Source of the DNA: Squalus acanthias
Lineage: Eukaryota
Direction of reading: 5' to 3'
Length of the DNA stretch: 64,000 bases
Assembly: GCA_030390025.1 (NCBI GenBank)
Contig: JASTWF010000180.1
Coordinates: 248,001 to 312,000, forward strand
Under the pieces are notes generated by a model. It was not told the DNA's origin. It did no database searches and saw nothing but the letters and a program-made list of their open reading frames with translations. Positions within the stretch are counted from its first letter, which is position 1. Each line of letters opens with the position of its first letter. Shown piece after piece: positions 12,261 through 24,700 of the stretch. The translations under genes were made by a program, and so were the position numbers.

Positions 12261-13689
12261 CTATGTTTATGCCTGCATTTTTGATCGTGGGGATCAGCAA
12301 AGATTCCCCCTCCCTCTTTTTCCGGCAGCTATGCATCGTCACAATCTCTCCCCACCACGCGCTATGAACCATTCCCTTATACTGTTAATCTTAAAGCAAC
12401 TGCGACTGAAGTTTTTGGTCGTTTTGTAATGTTACCGTTTGAAAAATAATATCTTATATATTGAATTCTGGAATGAAGGACATACTCATGGAGACAGGAC
12501 TGAAACCCGGATGAGGTGGTTCCCCCGTGGCACTAACTACCCTACACATGTGATTAATTTCAGCATAGTGGAATGGCGCCTCCTGTTAGTTTCAGTCTGC
12601 TGGTAATCTAACGGGTTCAGCAGATATTTGGTGAAGGAGCTCATATTTCCCTCCGAGAAATTGCCAACATAGTAGTCTGATGACGGTAAGATAATTATCT
12701 TGAAGTGACAATATATCGGTTTGAATATAGAGGAAGATGTTCAGTATAATTCACTCACTCTCACTGAGACTGAGGTGGTTGACGAGGGGTCGGGTTTGAT
12801 TGACCATCTGCTGGGGACACACAAGTGAAAGTCTTCCTCTGGTCTCTCTGTGGAAATATCGTCTGAAAACCGTTATAACGAAATCGTAAGCTTATTCTTT
12901 TGGAATGCCTTCACCGGTTGGTTAGAAATAGCAACCAGAGGAAATCTATCGCACACAGCGGAAAGTTCAGTGTAACCACGAAACGTACATGACAATGAAG
13001 TTCATGCTCTCGCTGAGCCGTCACACACCGGCAGAGAAACAACAATCACTCAGTGTGACAGAGTCGGGTCCATTAAATAAAGCCCCAAACCTCAGCAAAG
13101 CTGAAGCTTTCCTCACATCAGAGGCTCCCACTGAGTGACTGATTCCACCTTGAGATACTTCAAGCTGTGGCTCAAAAGGGCTTCAGGTGACCCAGGACCA
13201 TCATTTAAATCTCCCTTCAATATATGGCGGATGAATTGGAGAATGCGTCACATTTCCAGGCTCTGACACACAATCAGTGGGTCCCGCGAAAGCTCAATAG
13301 AAAATATCGGAGGAAAAACAATCCTTAACATTAAAAACTGTTACCAATTGTCACAGTACAACACCAGTGTGAATTAGTAAACTTTAGCAGAACAGAGTTT
13401 GCCACTAAGTAGTGCAAAGTGCAGTGCACTATTGCTCACCTTTAGTCTTGTCCCTCAATCCCAGTTCATCTCTGGGTGATTGTTCCAAGATTCCCCCCAT
13501 CCTTTCAACACATATTTTACCGACATAATACCAGATCAATTTGAAATTGCACGCAGCTGCTGATAGCTGTTAAAAGACTAAACACATGCTTCCAAACAAA
13601 CATTATTGCATCCCCCACCCACGCTAATATACATCCTTGTGTATGTTACTATCTATCTTTCTACCTACCAACTGCCTATGTATCTATAT

Positions 13690-15670
13690 AACAGAGAAAT
13701 GTTATAGTACAGTAAGAACAGAGCAGGGCCTCGTTTGTTATTGACAGAATCAGGGTCTAATGCAGTAATCGAAGAAGCGGGGTCTAGTGTAATATAAAAA
13801 CAGACATGGTCCAGTGCATTTTTAAATGGATACTATCCTGGTGTAAAATAAACAGAGACAAGGCCTAGTGTCCTATAAATTGTGTAATATAAAGAGAAAC
13901 AGGTATCAGTGCAATATATACAGAGACATGGTCAAGTGCACTAATAACTGAAACAGGGTCTATTGTAATATAAAGAGAGACAAGATCTAGTGCAGTAATA
14001 ACTGAGATAGGTCCGATTGTAATATAAACAGAAACATGGTCTAGTGTAATATAAACAGAGATATGGTCTAGTGCAGTAATGGGTTGAGACGGGGCCAACT
14101 GTAATACAATCAGAAACATGTTCTAGTTTTTTTTCATTCGTTCATGGGATGTGGGCGTCGCTGGCAAAGCCGGAATTTATTGCCCATCACTAATTGCACT
14201 TCAGAAGATGGTGAGCCACCTTCTTCAACCGCAGAGGGCAGTTAAGAGTCAACCACGTTGCTGTGAGTCTGGAGTCACATATAGGCCAAACCAGGTAAGG
14301 ACGACACATTTCCTTCCCTAAAGGATATTAGTGAACCAGATGGGTTCTGGATTAGCTAGTCCAGTAGCATAAACACAATGCTACCGTACCCGCTGAAGTC
14401 TAGTACAGTAATAGGTTGAGACAGGCCCTAATGTAATACAAGCAGATACATGGTCTTGTGCAGTGATGACTGAGAGAGGGAAGTGTAATATAAAGAGTGC
14501 TATAGTCCAGTGCAATAATAACTGAGAGAGGGCCTACTGTAATATAAACAGAGTCAGGGTCCCGTGTACTTTAAACAGAAACATGGGCCCAAAAATTCAT
14601 CCCGGTGCGCGAGAGTACGCACTGCGTACTCTCGCGTATTCCCTCTGCAATTGCCGGTTTTCTGCATGCCCTGCGCATGCGCTGAAAACCGGCAATTGCT
14701 CTTTTGAAAAGGGCGGTTCCTCGGTGCATCGCGTGCGCGCTACAGGCTGCGCGCACGCTGTGCACTTCATGCTTTGGACGCGCAGGTAAGTACTGAAGAT
14801 TTTAGAAATGTAAAAAGGAGTAGTAAGACCCACTTTTAACAAGGTAAGTAGTGAATTAAGTATTTTTTTGAATTTTTTTTTACAGGTATATCTTTTTTAG
14901 AGACTTTAAAGACAGGTAAGTTTATTTTTATAACTTTTTAAAAGATTTAAAAAATTTTCAATAATTTAATTTTTTATTTAAAATGTTTAATTTATTTAAC
15001 TATACTTATTTTATTAATGTGATGTTTTTTTTTTTAAATTTAATTGAGGTTTAGCTGTTATTTTGGGGGGGTGTAACATTCATAGATTTCACTGCACGTC
15101 TGTGAAACTTATGAATGGAAGATGGTGTGCTGCCAATGGCTCTAACTGAGTCACGTGATCCCACAGCTCGCACGAATTCACTACGCCGGTGGGATACGCA
15201 AGCACTGCCCGGCTGATGTCTGGAACATCAAGTTCGTGCGAGCTGGATCTGAAAAAGCACAAGCGAGGTGAGAGTTCGCAGGGAAGGCTTACCCCCGCGG
15301 GAACAGAGCGAGATCAATTTCTGGGCCATGGTCTAGTGTGATAATAACTGAGACAGGGTCTAGTGTAATATAAACAGAGAAAGGGTCTAGTGTACTATAA
15401 ACAGAGACAGGGTCTATTTTAATATAAACAGAGGCAGGGTCTAGTGTGATAATAACTGAGACAGGGTCCTGTGTAATAAAAACAGAGAAGAGGGTCTAGT
15501 GTATTAATAACAGAGACAGGGGCTAGTGTAATATAATGAGTGACATGGACTAGTGAATTAAAAACTGAGTCAGGGGATGGTGTAATTTAAACAGAAACAT
15601 GATCTAGCGCAATATATGCAGGGACATAGTGTAGTGCAGTAATAAATTAGACCGGGTCTAGTGTAATATA
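13690..15670. repeat. ~27-bp minisatellite (GTCTAGTGTAATATAAACAGAGACAGG), interrupted by a LINE 3' fragment (14130-14390) and a MITE
   Basis: Direct tandem reading; also present in the duplicate at ~61270-62575. Confidence 0.85.
14586..15327. mobile_element. 742-bp non-autonomous DNA transposon (MITE), Harbinger-like
   Basis: Imperfect TIRs GGCCCAAAAATTCATCCCG / CGAGATCAATTTCTGGGCC, 3-bp TSD ATG; empty site ACATGGTCTA in the duplicate at ~62171. Confidence 0.85.
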
Positions 15671-15674
15671 AAAC

Positions 15675-17215
15675 AAATCCAGAAATAATGGGGAACCACG
15701 GGTCTAGTGAGAATCAGGAACTTAAAGAAATTATTATTAGTAGTACTGGAGAAATTAATGGGACTAAAAGCCAACAAATCCCGTGGACCTGACGCCCGAT
15801 ATCCTAGGTTTTTAAAAGTGGTGCCTGCAGAGACAGTGGTTGCATTGGTTTTGATCTTCCAGAATTCCCTATATTCTAGAACGGTCCATGTGGATTGCAA
15901 GGTAGCAAATATAACCCCGCTATTCAAGAAAGGAGTGAGACAGAAAACAGGGAACAATAGACCAGATAGCTTGACATCAGTAGTCAGGAAAATGATAGAA
16001 TCTATTATTAGGGACGTGGTAACATGGCACTTAGAAAATCATAATATGATTGGGCAGAGTCAACACGGATTTATGAAAGGGAAATCGGGTTTGACAAATC
16101 TAATAGATTTGTTTGAGGTTGTAGCTAGCAGGGTAAATAAGTGGCTGTAGTGTATTTCGATTTTCAGAAGGCATTCTATACAGTGCGACACTGGAGGTTA
16201 TTATCCAAAATTAGGGGTCATGGGATTGGGGGTAATATATTAGCATAGATTGCGGATTGGTTAACGGACAGAAAACAGAGTAGGAATAAACGGGTCATTT
16301 TCGGGCTGGCAGGCTGTAACTAGTGGGGTACCGCAAGGATCAGTGCTTGGCCTCATCTATTTACAATCTACATCAATGCCTTAGATGAGGGGACTAAGTG
16401 TAATGTATCCAAGTTTGCTGATGATGCAAAGGTACGTAGGAGAGGAAGTTGTGAGGAGGATGCAAAGAGGCTGCAAAGGGATACAGACAGATTAAATAAT
16501 GGGCAATAGCATGGCAGATGGAATGCAAACTAGAGAAATGTGAAGTTATCCACCTTTGTAGGAAAAATAGAAAAGCAGAATATGTTTTATACATTGAGAG
16601 ATTGGGAAATGTTGGTGTTCAGAGGGATCTGGCTGTCCCTGTACACGAATCACTAAAAGTTAACATGCAGGTATAGCAAGCAATTAGGAAAGCACATGGT
16701 ATGTTAGCCTTTATTAAAAAGGGATTGAAGTATAAGAGTAAATAAGTCTTACTGCAATTATATAGGGCCTTGGTGAGACCACACCGGGAGTACAGTTTTG
16801 GTCTCCTTAACTACGGAAGTATATACTTGCCTTAGAGGAAGTACAACGAAGGTTCACCAGACTAATTCCTTGGATGGGGGGATTGTCCTTGAAGAAGGAT
16901 TGAGAAAATTAGGCCTATATTCCCTAGAATGTAGAAGAATGAGAGGTGATCTCATTGAAGCATATAACATTCTTACAGGGCTTGACAGGGTCGATGCAGG
17001 GAGGATGTTTCCCCTGGCTGGGGAATCAAGAATCAGGGGTCACAGTCTCAGAATAAGGGGTCGGCCATTTAGGACTGAGATGAGGAGAAATTTCTTCACT
17101 CAACGGGTTGTTAATCTTTGTAATTCTCTACCCCAGAGGGTTATGGATGCTCAGTCGTTGAGTATATTCAAAACAGAGATCGATAGATTTTTGGATATTA
17201 AGGGAATCAAGGGTT
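15675..17215 (+). mobile_element. CR1 LINE fragment (RT), degenerate
   Basis: KSRGPD..YPRFLK, ANITPLFKKG, QHGFMKGKS, RNFFTQRVVNL. Confidence 0.9.
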
Positions 17216-17267
17216 TATCACCTGCAGGCTGAAGTGTTCCGTAACACTAGGTACAGAAGTGCCTGCA

Positions 17268-17705
17268 AAGGCAAAATACTGCGGTTGCTGGAAATCTGAA
17301 ATATAAACAGAAAATGCTGGAAATACTCCGCTGGTCAGGCAGCACCTGTGGCGAGAGAAGCAGAGTTAATGTTTCAGTTCGAAGACCTTTGGTCAGAGCT
17401 TGAAAATGTCACCGATCTTACAGGTTTTAAGCAAGTACAGAGGCAGGGAAAGTGGGGGTGGGGAGGAAGGAACAAAAGGGAAGGTCTGTGATAGGGCTGA
17501 ATGCAGGTGTGATTAAATAACAAAAGGGATGATGGTGTAAGGCGAAAGGAGGATGTTAATGGGACAAGTAAAAAAAATAAAAGATGAGTCTAGAGGAGGT
17601 GTAAATGGATGCAGCAGAATTATTACCAGCATCTGCTGTCCTTAAAAATGGGAGCAGTGGCTTTGATCTGAAATTGTTGAACTCAGTGTTGAGTCCGGAA
17701 GGTTT
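17268..17705 (-). mobile_element. Penelope-like 3' fragment (second family) with a decayed hammerhead at ~17364-17400
   Basis: Minus strand encodes PSGLNTEFNNFR, followed by CTGACCA-AAGGTC-TTC-GAACT-GAAA-CATT-AACT and the same tail as 33493 and 38103. Confidence 0.6.
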
Positions 17706-18344
17706 ACAAAGCGCCTTATCGAAACCGAACTGCACCTTTGTTTCTACTGTTCGCTTTTACTGCCACCTTGTGGCCAAAGACTACCATTGCACCTAATGTG
17801 AAAATGGCGATGCCAGTAACTGTTTCTGATATTAATATATCAAGAAACAGCTTATATTGATGTACCACCTCATCACCTTCTCCGGGAGGTCCCAAAGGAG
17901 TTAAAATGCAACTAATTGCAGATGTACGAGGCCTATCTGCGCGCAGAAAGATCAGCAATAGAGCAAAGTGGCTCGATTTCTGTTAATGTATTTCTGTTGA
18001 ACTTGGTTGAAGGGAGGAATGTTGACCGGTACACTGTGTGGGGCCCTGGGAGCTTTAATGTCCAACTCAGCTGACAGGGGTTCGTGGGGCGGGGGGGGGG
18101 GGGGGGGGGGGGGGTTGGGAATAGGTTATTGGTTCATGATATTACCTGAAAGATAGGGCCTTTTCAGTACTGCACCGATTGGAATCCTCGTTAATAAGCT
18201 CGGGTTCATAAGATGAAGTGGAATCCACAAGATACTGATTCTGAAACCAGATTCAATTCACTTTAGCCAAGATGCTCCTAAAATGCGAAATGGGTTCAGG
18301 TGACATTTTGAATCTACTGTGTGAAAATAATACCGGTAATATCG

Positions 18345-18760
18345 TTACCAAAAAGAAGGCAGAGGGGTGACCTAATAGATGTCCATAAAATTATGAACGG
18401 TTTTGATAGAGTGGATACAGAGAGAATGTTTCCACTTGTGGGGAAGAGCATAACTAGAGGCCATCAACATAAGATAGTCACCAAGAAATCCAAAAGGGAA
18501 TTCAGAATAAACCTCTTTATCCAAAGAGTGGTGAGAATGTGGAACTCACTACCACAGGGAGCAGTTGAAGTGAATAGTGTAGATGCATTTAAGGGGAGGC
18601 TGGGCAAACAAATGAGGGAGAAGGAAATAGAGGATTATGCTGATAGATTTAGATGAGGAAAGACGGGAGCAAGCTCGAGTGGAGCATATACCCCGGCATG
18701 GACTGGTTGGGCCGAAAGACCTATTTCTGTGCCGTATATCCGATATAATCCTATGTAAAC
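18345..18760 (+). mobile_element. CR1 3' end
   Basis: RGDLIDVHKIMNGFDRVDTERMFPL...QRVVRMWNSLP; near-identical to 47755-48150. Confidence 0.88.
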
Positions 18761-18829
18761 CATTAAGTATACATATACTAATATCACAAATAGCAACTTC
18801 AAGAGTACAATTACAAAACTTGTGATTAG

Positions 18830-19700
18830 TGCAATTTCTGCAGAACCTCCGCCCGCTGAAATCCCTTAAAAATCTTATGCCTGGTAAAAGCAGGCGAAAG
18901 GGATGCTTTTACAAGTATAAGAGTTTAAAAAGTTAAAAATGTTTTTAACTTATTTATAATTGTTAAATACTTTTTAAAAAGGTAAGTTCATTTTTAGTCC
19001 GGTAAAACTTTTATTTTTTCCCCAAAATTACATTTTTGTTTAAAATATTTAATTTAATGTAATTTTAGCTAATTTTATAAACGTGATTTGTTTTTAAATT
19101 TATTTAATGTTTTGTTCTGTTTTTGGAATAATCTCCATTCATATTTTTGACAGGTCTAAGCTCTTACGCCGGGTTGAAACTTGCTGCAATGAGCGCAGGG
19201 CGCATGAAACAGTCCACATTTCACATGCGTTTGCGTGACGAACAGTCGGCCATTTCGCTGTGACGTGCGGCGGTCATGTTTGTGTGACGTACAGCCGGCC
19301 ATGTTTTTGGGACGTGCCGTCGGCCATGTTTGTATGACGTACTGGTGGCCATGATTGGTCCACGTACTGTCGCCCATGTTTGTGTGACGTCTCGTCAGGT
19401 GAACCTATGTTTATTTTAATAAAACATCATGGTTGAAATAAAACATGACTTCAATTTCCACCAAAGAAGCCTTCTCACTTTCTAAATAAAAATAAGAGAA
19501 TTTACTGCCGTCATAAAGCTGCAGACAGCGACGATTAAAACCGGTCGCGAGTTGCGCATATGCGAAAAGAGCTCCCGAAGTGCAGCGCGGCCGAGATCCA
19601 CATCGGGGCATTTGTGTGCCGCTTAGCATTGTGGGAATCTCTGTCCTTCAATCATTGACAGGGTGTAATGCAACTGAAACACTTTTGCCAATTTAGTCCA
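18830..19700. mobile_element. Probable MITE-like element with AT-rich core and an internal ~25-bp tandem repeat (19245-19395)
   Basis: GC-rich/AT-rich architecture resembles 14586-15327; termini not clearly resolved. Confidence 0.4.
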
Positions 19701-20454
19701 GCCTCCTGAGGGGCTCCTGCCACACGGACCGAGCGCTCCGTATAGACTAATAGAACTTGGTCAGATTTATCCCAGGTAATCTAATGCACGGAAGTTAAAT
19801 GATGCGGCCAGAGACCAGAACAGCAAGAACAGAAAAAGAGTTCAGAAATCTCTCTATTTTCCCCGCAGGTCTGCCGAAACATTCAACTATGTTTCTCTTT
19901 CATGTTCTCTCCCATTCGGTTGTGTGTTTCCAACTCCTCTGTTTCCAAGTTTGGAAAGTTGCATCTATCTTTCCGTGGAGCTAAAAGAAAGTAATGTGTC
20001 AGAAAATTTTCCCAAGACCACAACTCATTAAATATCCGGTTTTGAAGGAATACACGGGATGAAATAACAAACACAGGAGGAATATGGGAACCAGATCCTG
20101 TCCTATTAACGAAGCGACCAGCAGGAAGTTCCTGGCGCTGTCAGCAAACCTCTTTCTCGGAGCTGATCGGAACATCGATCCATAACTTTAAGGGAAAACA
20201 GCTGATCAGAAGCAGAAAGGACAGCTTAACCGATCGATTCATTCTGCGATAGATCTTTCGGGCCGATTGGATTCTGCAGTTTGTTTTCTCAGCCGCTCCT
20301 GGAAGCAGTTGGGTGACAGTTTGATCAGAGGTTAATTTGGTTTCCTCTCGGTGTGTGTTTGAGCGCCTGACAGCGCGCTGCACATTGTGGCTGCATCTGC
20401 CCGCGATTCCACACAACCCCAACAGACAGGAGCTCCGCCCTACCGTCCAATGGC

Positions 20455-20493
20455 AGTTTTTGTACAGGGCTGAGACTGCTTTCCATCATTGTG
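20455..20493 (-). other. 23-RSS of V4
   Basis: Minus strand CACAATG + 23 bp + ACAAAAACT. Confidence 0.95.
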
Positions 20494-20963
20494 TGTCCCA
20501 GAGAGAATGCGCAGTAATACACGGCAGCGTCAGTCAGCTGCAGCCCGGAGATGGTTAAACTGGTGAATTTAGTCGAGGTCTTGAGCTCTACAGCGAAACG
20601 GGTTTTCGCAAAATCTGCTTTATCTTCAACACCGCTCGAGTATTTGTTCAGTATAAACTCGGGCTGTGTGTCTGGGTGTTGCCGGTACCAGTATAAATAA
20701 TAGCCGCTCTGTGTAGTATCATAGGTACAGTTTAAAGTCACCGCTTCTCCTTCTGTCTTAACTGCTGAGGACAGCGGCTGAGTGACAGAATCTCCAAGAC
20801 TCAGATCTGAAAAACATGTTCAAACAGAAAAAGATCAGACCGGCGGGTGTTTCAAATTCAGATTCAAACCATGTTAGAAATGAGAGAAAAGATGAGATGT
20901 GTTTGGTCCACAATTACCTGTCAGAAATGCCCCCCACACAGCCCAGATGCTGAGTAGCCGCAT
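20494..20963 (-). CDS. TRAV/DV: TCR alpha/delta-type V segment V4, apparently functional, inverted (exons 20963-20918 and 20806-20494)
   Basis: Leader MRLLSIWAVWGAFLT + GTAATT; open exon DLSLGDSVTQPLSSAVKTEGEAVTLNCTYDTTQSGYYLYWYRQHPDTQPEFILNKYSSGVEDKADFAKTRFAVELKTSTKFTSLTISGLQLTDAAVYYCAFSLG. Confidence 0.95.
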
Positions 20964-21748
20964 TGCCGCTGTCCGCTCTGTAAAAGGGGGGTTGGTTATT
21001 TGAAGACACCCGTTCTAAGCCCCGCCCTCAATAATCTGCTGTCGTGTCTCAGGATGCTCTCACCTCACTTCCTGGTGTCCCCAGTCGTGCTGTGAGACCG
21101 GTAGGTGGTGAGCTGGCTGCCAGTAAAAGGAAACACCCCGAACTGGGCCACAGTCAGTGTCCTTATAGGGGATGGGTTAGAGGCCATGTGTGGGAACGAA
21201 ACCCTTGTCTGATAATTGTAACCGGGAAGCTCAGGGATTGTTAATGGTGACAGAAAACATTCCAGCATTAGTGGGACATTCTGAAGGGCAATGGACTTTG
21301 GGGGAACTTTGTGCTTAGGGATTGTTTTAAAGAACACAATCACTAACTTGTGAAATCAGTTCAATGTGTATAAACTGTCTCTGGCCCAGCAACATACACT
21401 GATGAATAAAACTCTCTGTACAGGCCGCGATAAAAGGGTCCGGGAAACTGACATGGGAGATGTGCAAAGGGCTGCACAATATTGCAGGCAGGCACAGAAT
21501 GTGCATCAAAAGACAAAAGGGGAGTTAAGGCGCCACAGATGGATGTAGTGAACCACACATGCTGTTGCTGAGAATTTTCTTTTTTTTGCCCTTTTAGGAA
21601 TCTCCCTGCGATTCTCGCAGTGGGGGCTGAATTCTTGATTCTGTTTATCGGTGTGAAGGAGCCCTCTGGTGAGCACTAACTGGAACTCTCAGTGTGGGTT
21701 TTTGTGCGGGATCCGCCATATCTCTGCAGCAGTGTGGGGTCAATGGAG

Positions 21749-24700
21749 CACCTTTATCTCTCTCCCTCTGTTCGTGTCTCTCTGTATCACTGTGCTCAGT
21801 CACACCTTTATCTCTCTCCCTCTATTGGTGTCTCTGTATCGCTGTGCTCAGTCACACCTTTATCTCTCTCCCTCTGTTGGTGTGTCTCTCTTTATCACTG
21901 TACTCAGTCACACCTTTATCTCTCTCTCTCTGTTGGTGTCTCTTTGTATCACTGTGCTCAGTCACACCTTTATCTCTCTCCCTCTGTTGGTGTGTCTCTC
22001 TGTATCACTGTACTCAGTCACACCTTTATCTCTCTCCCTCTGTTGTTGTCTCTCTGTATCACTGTACTCAGTCACACCTTTATCTCTCTCCCTCTGTTGG
22101 TGTCTCTCTTTATCACTCTGCTCAGTCACACCTTTATCTCTCTCCCTCTGTTGGTGTCTCTCTGTATCACTGTACTCAGTCACACCTTTATCTCTCTCCC
22201 TCTGTTGGTGTCTCTCTTTATCACTCTGCTCAGTCACACCTTTATCTCTCTCCCTCTGTTGGTGTCTCTCTGTATCACTGTGCTCAGTCACACCTTTATC
22301 TGCTTTCCTCTGTTGGTGTCTCTGTATCACTGTACTCAGTCACACCTTTATCTCCTTTCCTCTGTTGGTGTCTCTGTATCACTGTGCTCAGTCACAGATT
22401 TATCACTCTCTCTCTGTTGGTGTCTCTCTGTATCAATGTACTCAGTCACACCTTTATCTCTCTCTCTCTCTCTGTTGGTGTCTCTCGGTATCACTGTACT
22501 CAGTCACATCTTTATCTCTCTCCCTCTGTTGGTGTCTCTCTGTATCACAGTGCTCAGTCACACCATTATCTCTCTCCCTCTGTTGGTGTCTCTGCATCAC
22601 TGTACTCAGTCACACCTTTATCTCACACCTTTATCTCTCTCCCTCTGTTGGTGTCTCTCTGTATCACTGTGCTCCGTCACACCTTTATTTCTCTCCCTCT
22701 GTTGGTGTCTCTGTATCACTGTGCTCAGTCACACCTTTATCTCTCTCCCTCTGTTGGTGTCTCTCTGTATCACTGTACTCAGTCACACCTTTATCTCTCT
22801 CCCTCTGTTGGTGTCTCTGTATCACTGTGCTCAGTCGCACCTTTATCTCTCTCCCTCTGTTGGTGTCTCTGTATCACTGTGCTCAGTCGCACCTTTATCT
22901 CTCTCCCTCTGTTGGTGTCTCTCTGTATCACAGTGCACAGTCACACCATTATCTCTCTCCTTCTGTTGGTGTCTCTGTATCACTGTGCTCAGTCACACCT
23001 TTATCGCTCTCCCTCTGTTGGTGTCTCTGTATCACTGTGCTCAGTCATACCTTTATCTCTCTCCCTCTGTTGGTTTCTCTGTATCGCTGTGCTCAGTCAC
23101 ACCTTTATCTCTCTCCCTCTGTTGTTGTCTCTCTGTATCACTGTGCTCAGTCGCACCTTTATCTCTCTCTCTCTGTTGGTGTCTCTCTGTATCACTGTGC
23201 TCAGTCGCACCTTTATCTCTCTCCCTCTGTTGGTGTCTCTCCGTATCACTGTACTCAGTCACACCTTTATCTCTCTCCCTCTGTTGGTGTCTCTCCGTAT
23301 CACTGTACTCAGTCACACCTTTATCTCTCTCCCTCTGTTGGTGTCTCTCTGTATCACTGTTTTCAGTCACACCTTTATCTCTCTCCCTCTGTTGGTGTCT
23401 CTTTGTATCACTGTGCTCAGTCACACCTTTATCTCTCTGCCTCTGTTGGTGTCTCTCTGTATCATTGTAATCAGTCATGCCTTCATCTCGCGCGCTCTAT
23501 TGATGTCTCTCTGTATCACTGTGCTCAGTCACACCTTTATCTCTCTCCCTTTGTTGGTGTCTCTCTTATCACTGTACTCAGTCACACCTTTAACTCTCTC
23601 TCTCTCTGTTGGTTTCTCTCTGTATCACTGAACTCAGTCACACCTTTATCTCTCTCCCTCTGTTGGTGTCTCCGTATCACTGTACTCAGTCACACCTTTA
23701 TCTCTCTCCCTCTGTTGGTGTCTCTCTGTATCACTGAACTCAGTCACACCTTTATCTCTCTCCCTCTGTTGGTGTCTCTCTCTATCACTGTACTCAGTCA
23801 CACCTTTATCTCTCTCCCTCTGTTGGTGTCTCTCTGTAGCACTGTGCTCATTCACACCTTTATCTCTCTCCCTCTGTTGGTGTCTTTCTGTATCACTGTG
23901 CTCAGTTTCACCTTTATCTCTCTCCCTCTGTTGGTGTCACTCTGTAGCACTGTGCTCAATCACACCTTTATCTCACTCCCTCTGTTGGTGTCTCGCTGTA
24001 TCACTGTGCTCAGTCGCACCTTTATCTCTCTCCCTTTGTTGGTGTCTCTCTTATCACTGTACTCAATCACACCTTTAACTCTCTCTCTCTCTGTTGGTGT
24101 CTCTCTGTATCACTGTGCTCAGTCACACCTTTATCTCTCTCCCTCTGTTGGTGTCTCTCTGTATCACTGTACTCAGTCACACCTTTATCTCTCTCTCTCT
24201 GTTGGTGTCTCTCTGCATCACTGTGCTCAGTCACACATTTACTCTCTCCCTCTGTTGGTGTCTCTGTATCACTGTATTCAGTCACACTTTTATCTCACAC
24301 CTTTATGTCTCTCCCTCTGTTGGTGTCTCTCTGTATCACTGTGCTCAGTCACACCTTTATCTCTCTCCCTCTGTTGGTGTCTCTCTTATCACTGTACTCA
24401 ATCACACCTTTAACTCTCTCTCTCTCTGTTGGTGTCTCTCTGTATCACTGTGCTCAGTCACACCTTTATCTCTCTCCCTCTGTTGGTGTCTCTCTGTATC
24501 ACTGTGCTCAGTCACACCTTTATCTCTCTCCCTCTGTTGGTGTCTATCTGTATCACAGTGCTCAGTCACACCATAATCTCTCTCCATCTGTTGGTGTCTC
24601 TGTATCACTGTGCTCAGTCACACCTTTATCTCTCTCCCTCTGTTGGTGTCTCTCTGTATCACTGTACTCAGTCACACCTTTATCTCTCTCCCTCTGTTGG

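Larger units (their letters stand above)
11404..17090 (+). repeat. Segmental duplication, copy 1 (pairs with 59037-64000)
   Basis: Near-identical sequence at an initial offset of 47633; paired ORFs in the track (11726/59359, 11979/59612). Confidence 0.95.

Noticed and set aside
12620-12692. J-like FGEG motif (IFGEGAHISLR) with a later GTAAG; duplicated at ~60255
   Set aside because: No upstream nonamer-12-heptamer, no TxLxV, donor misplaced and preceded by a stop
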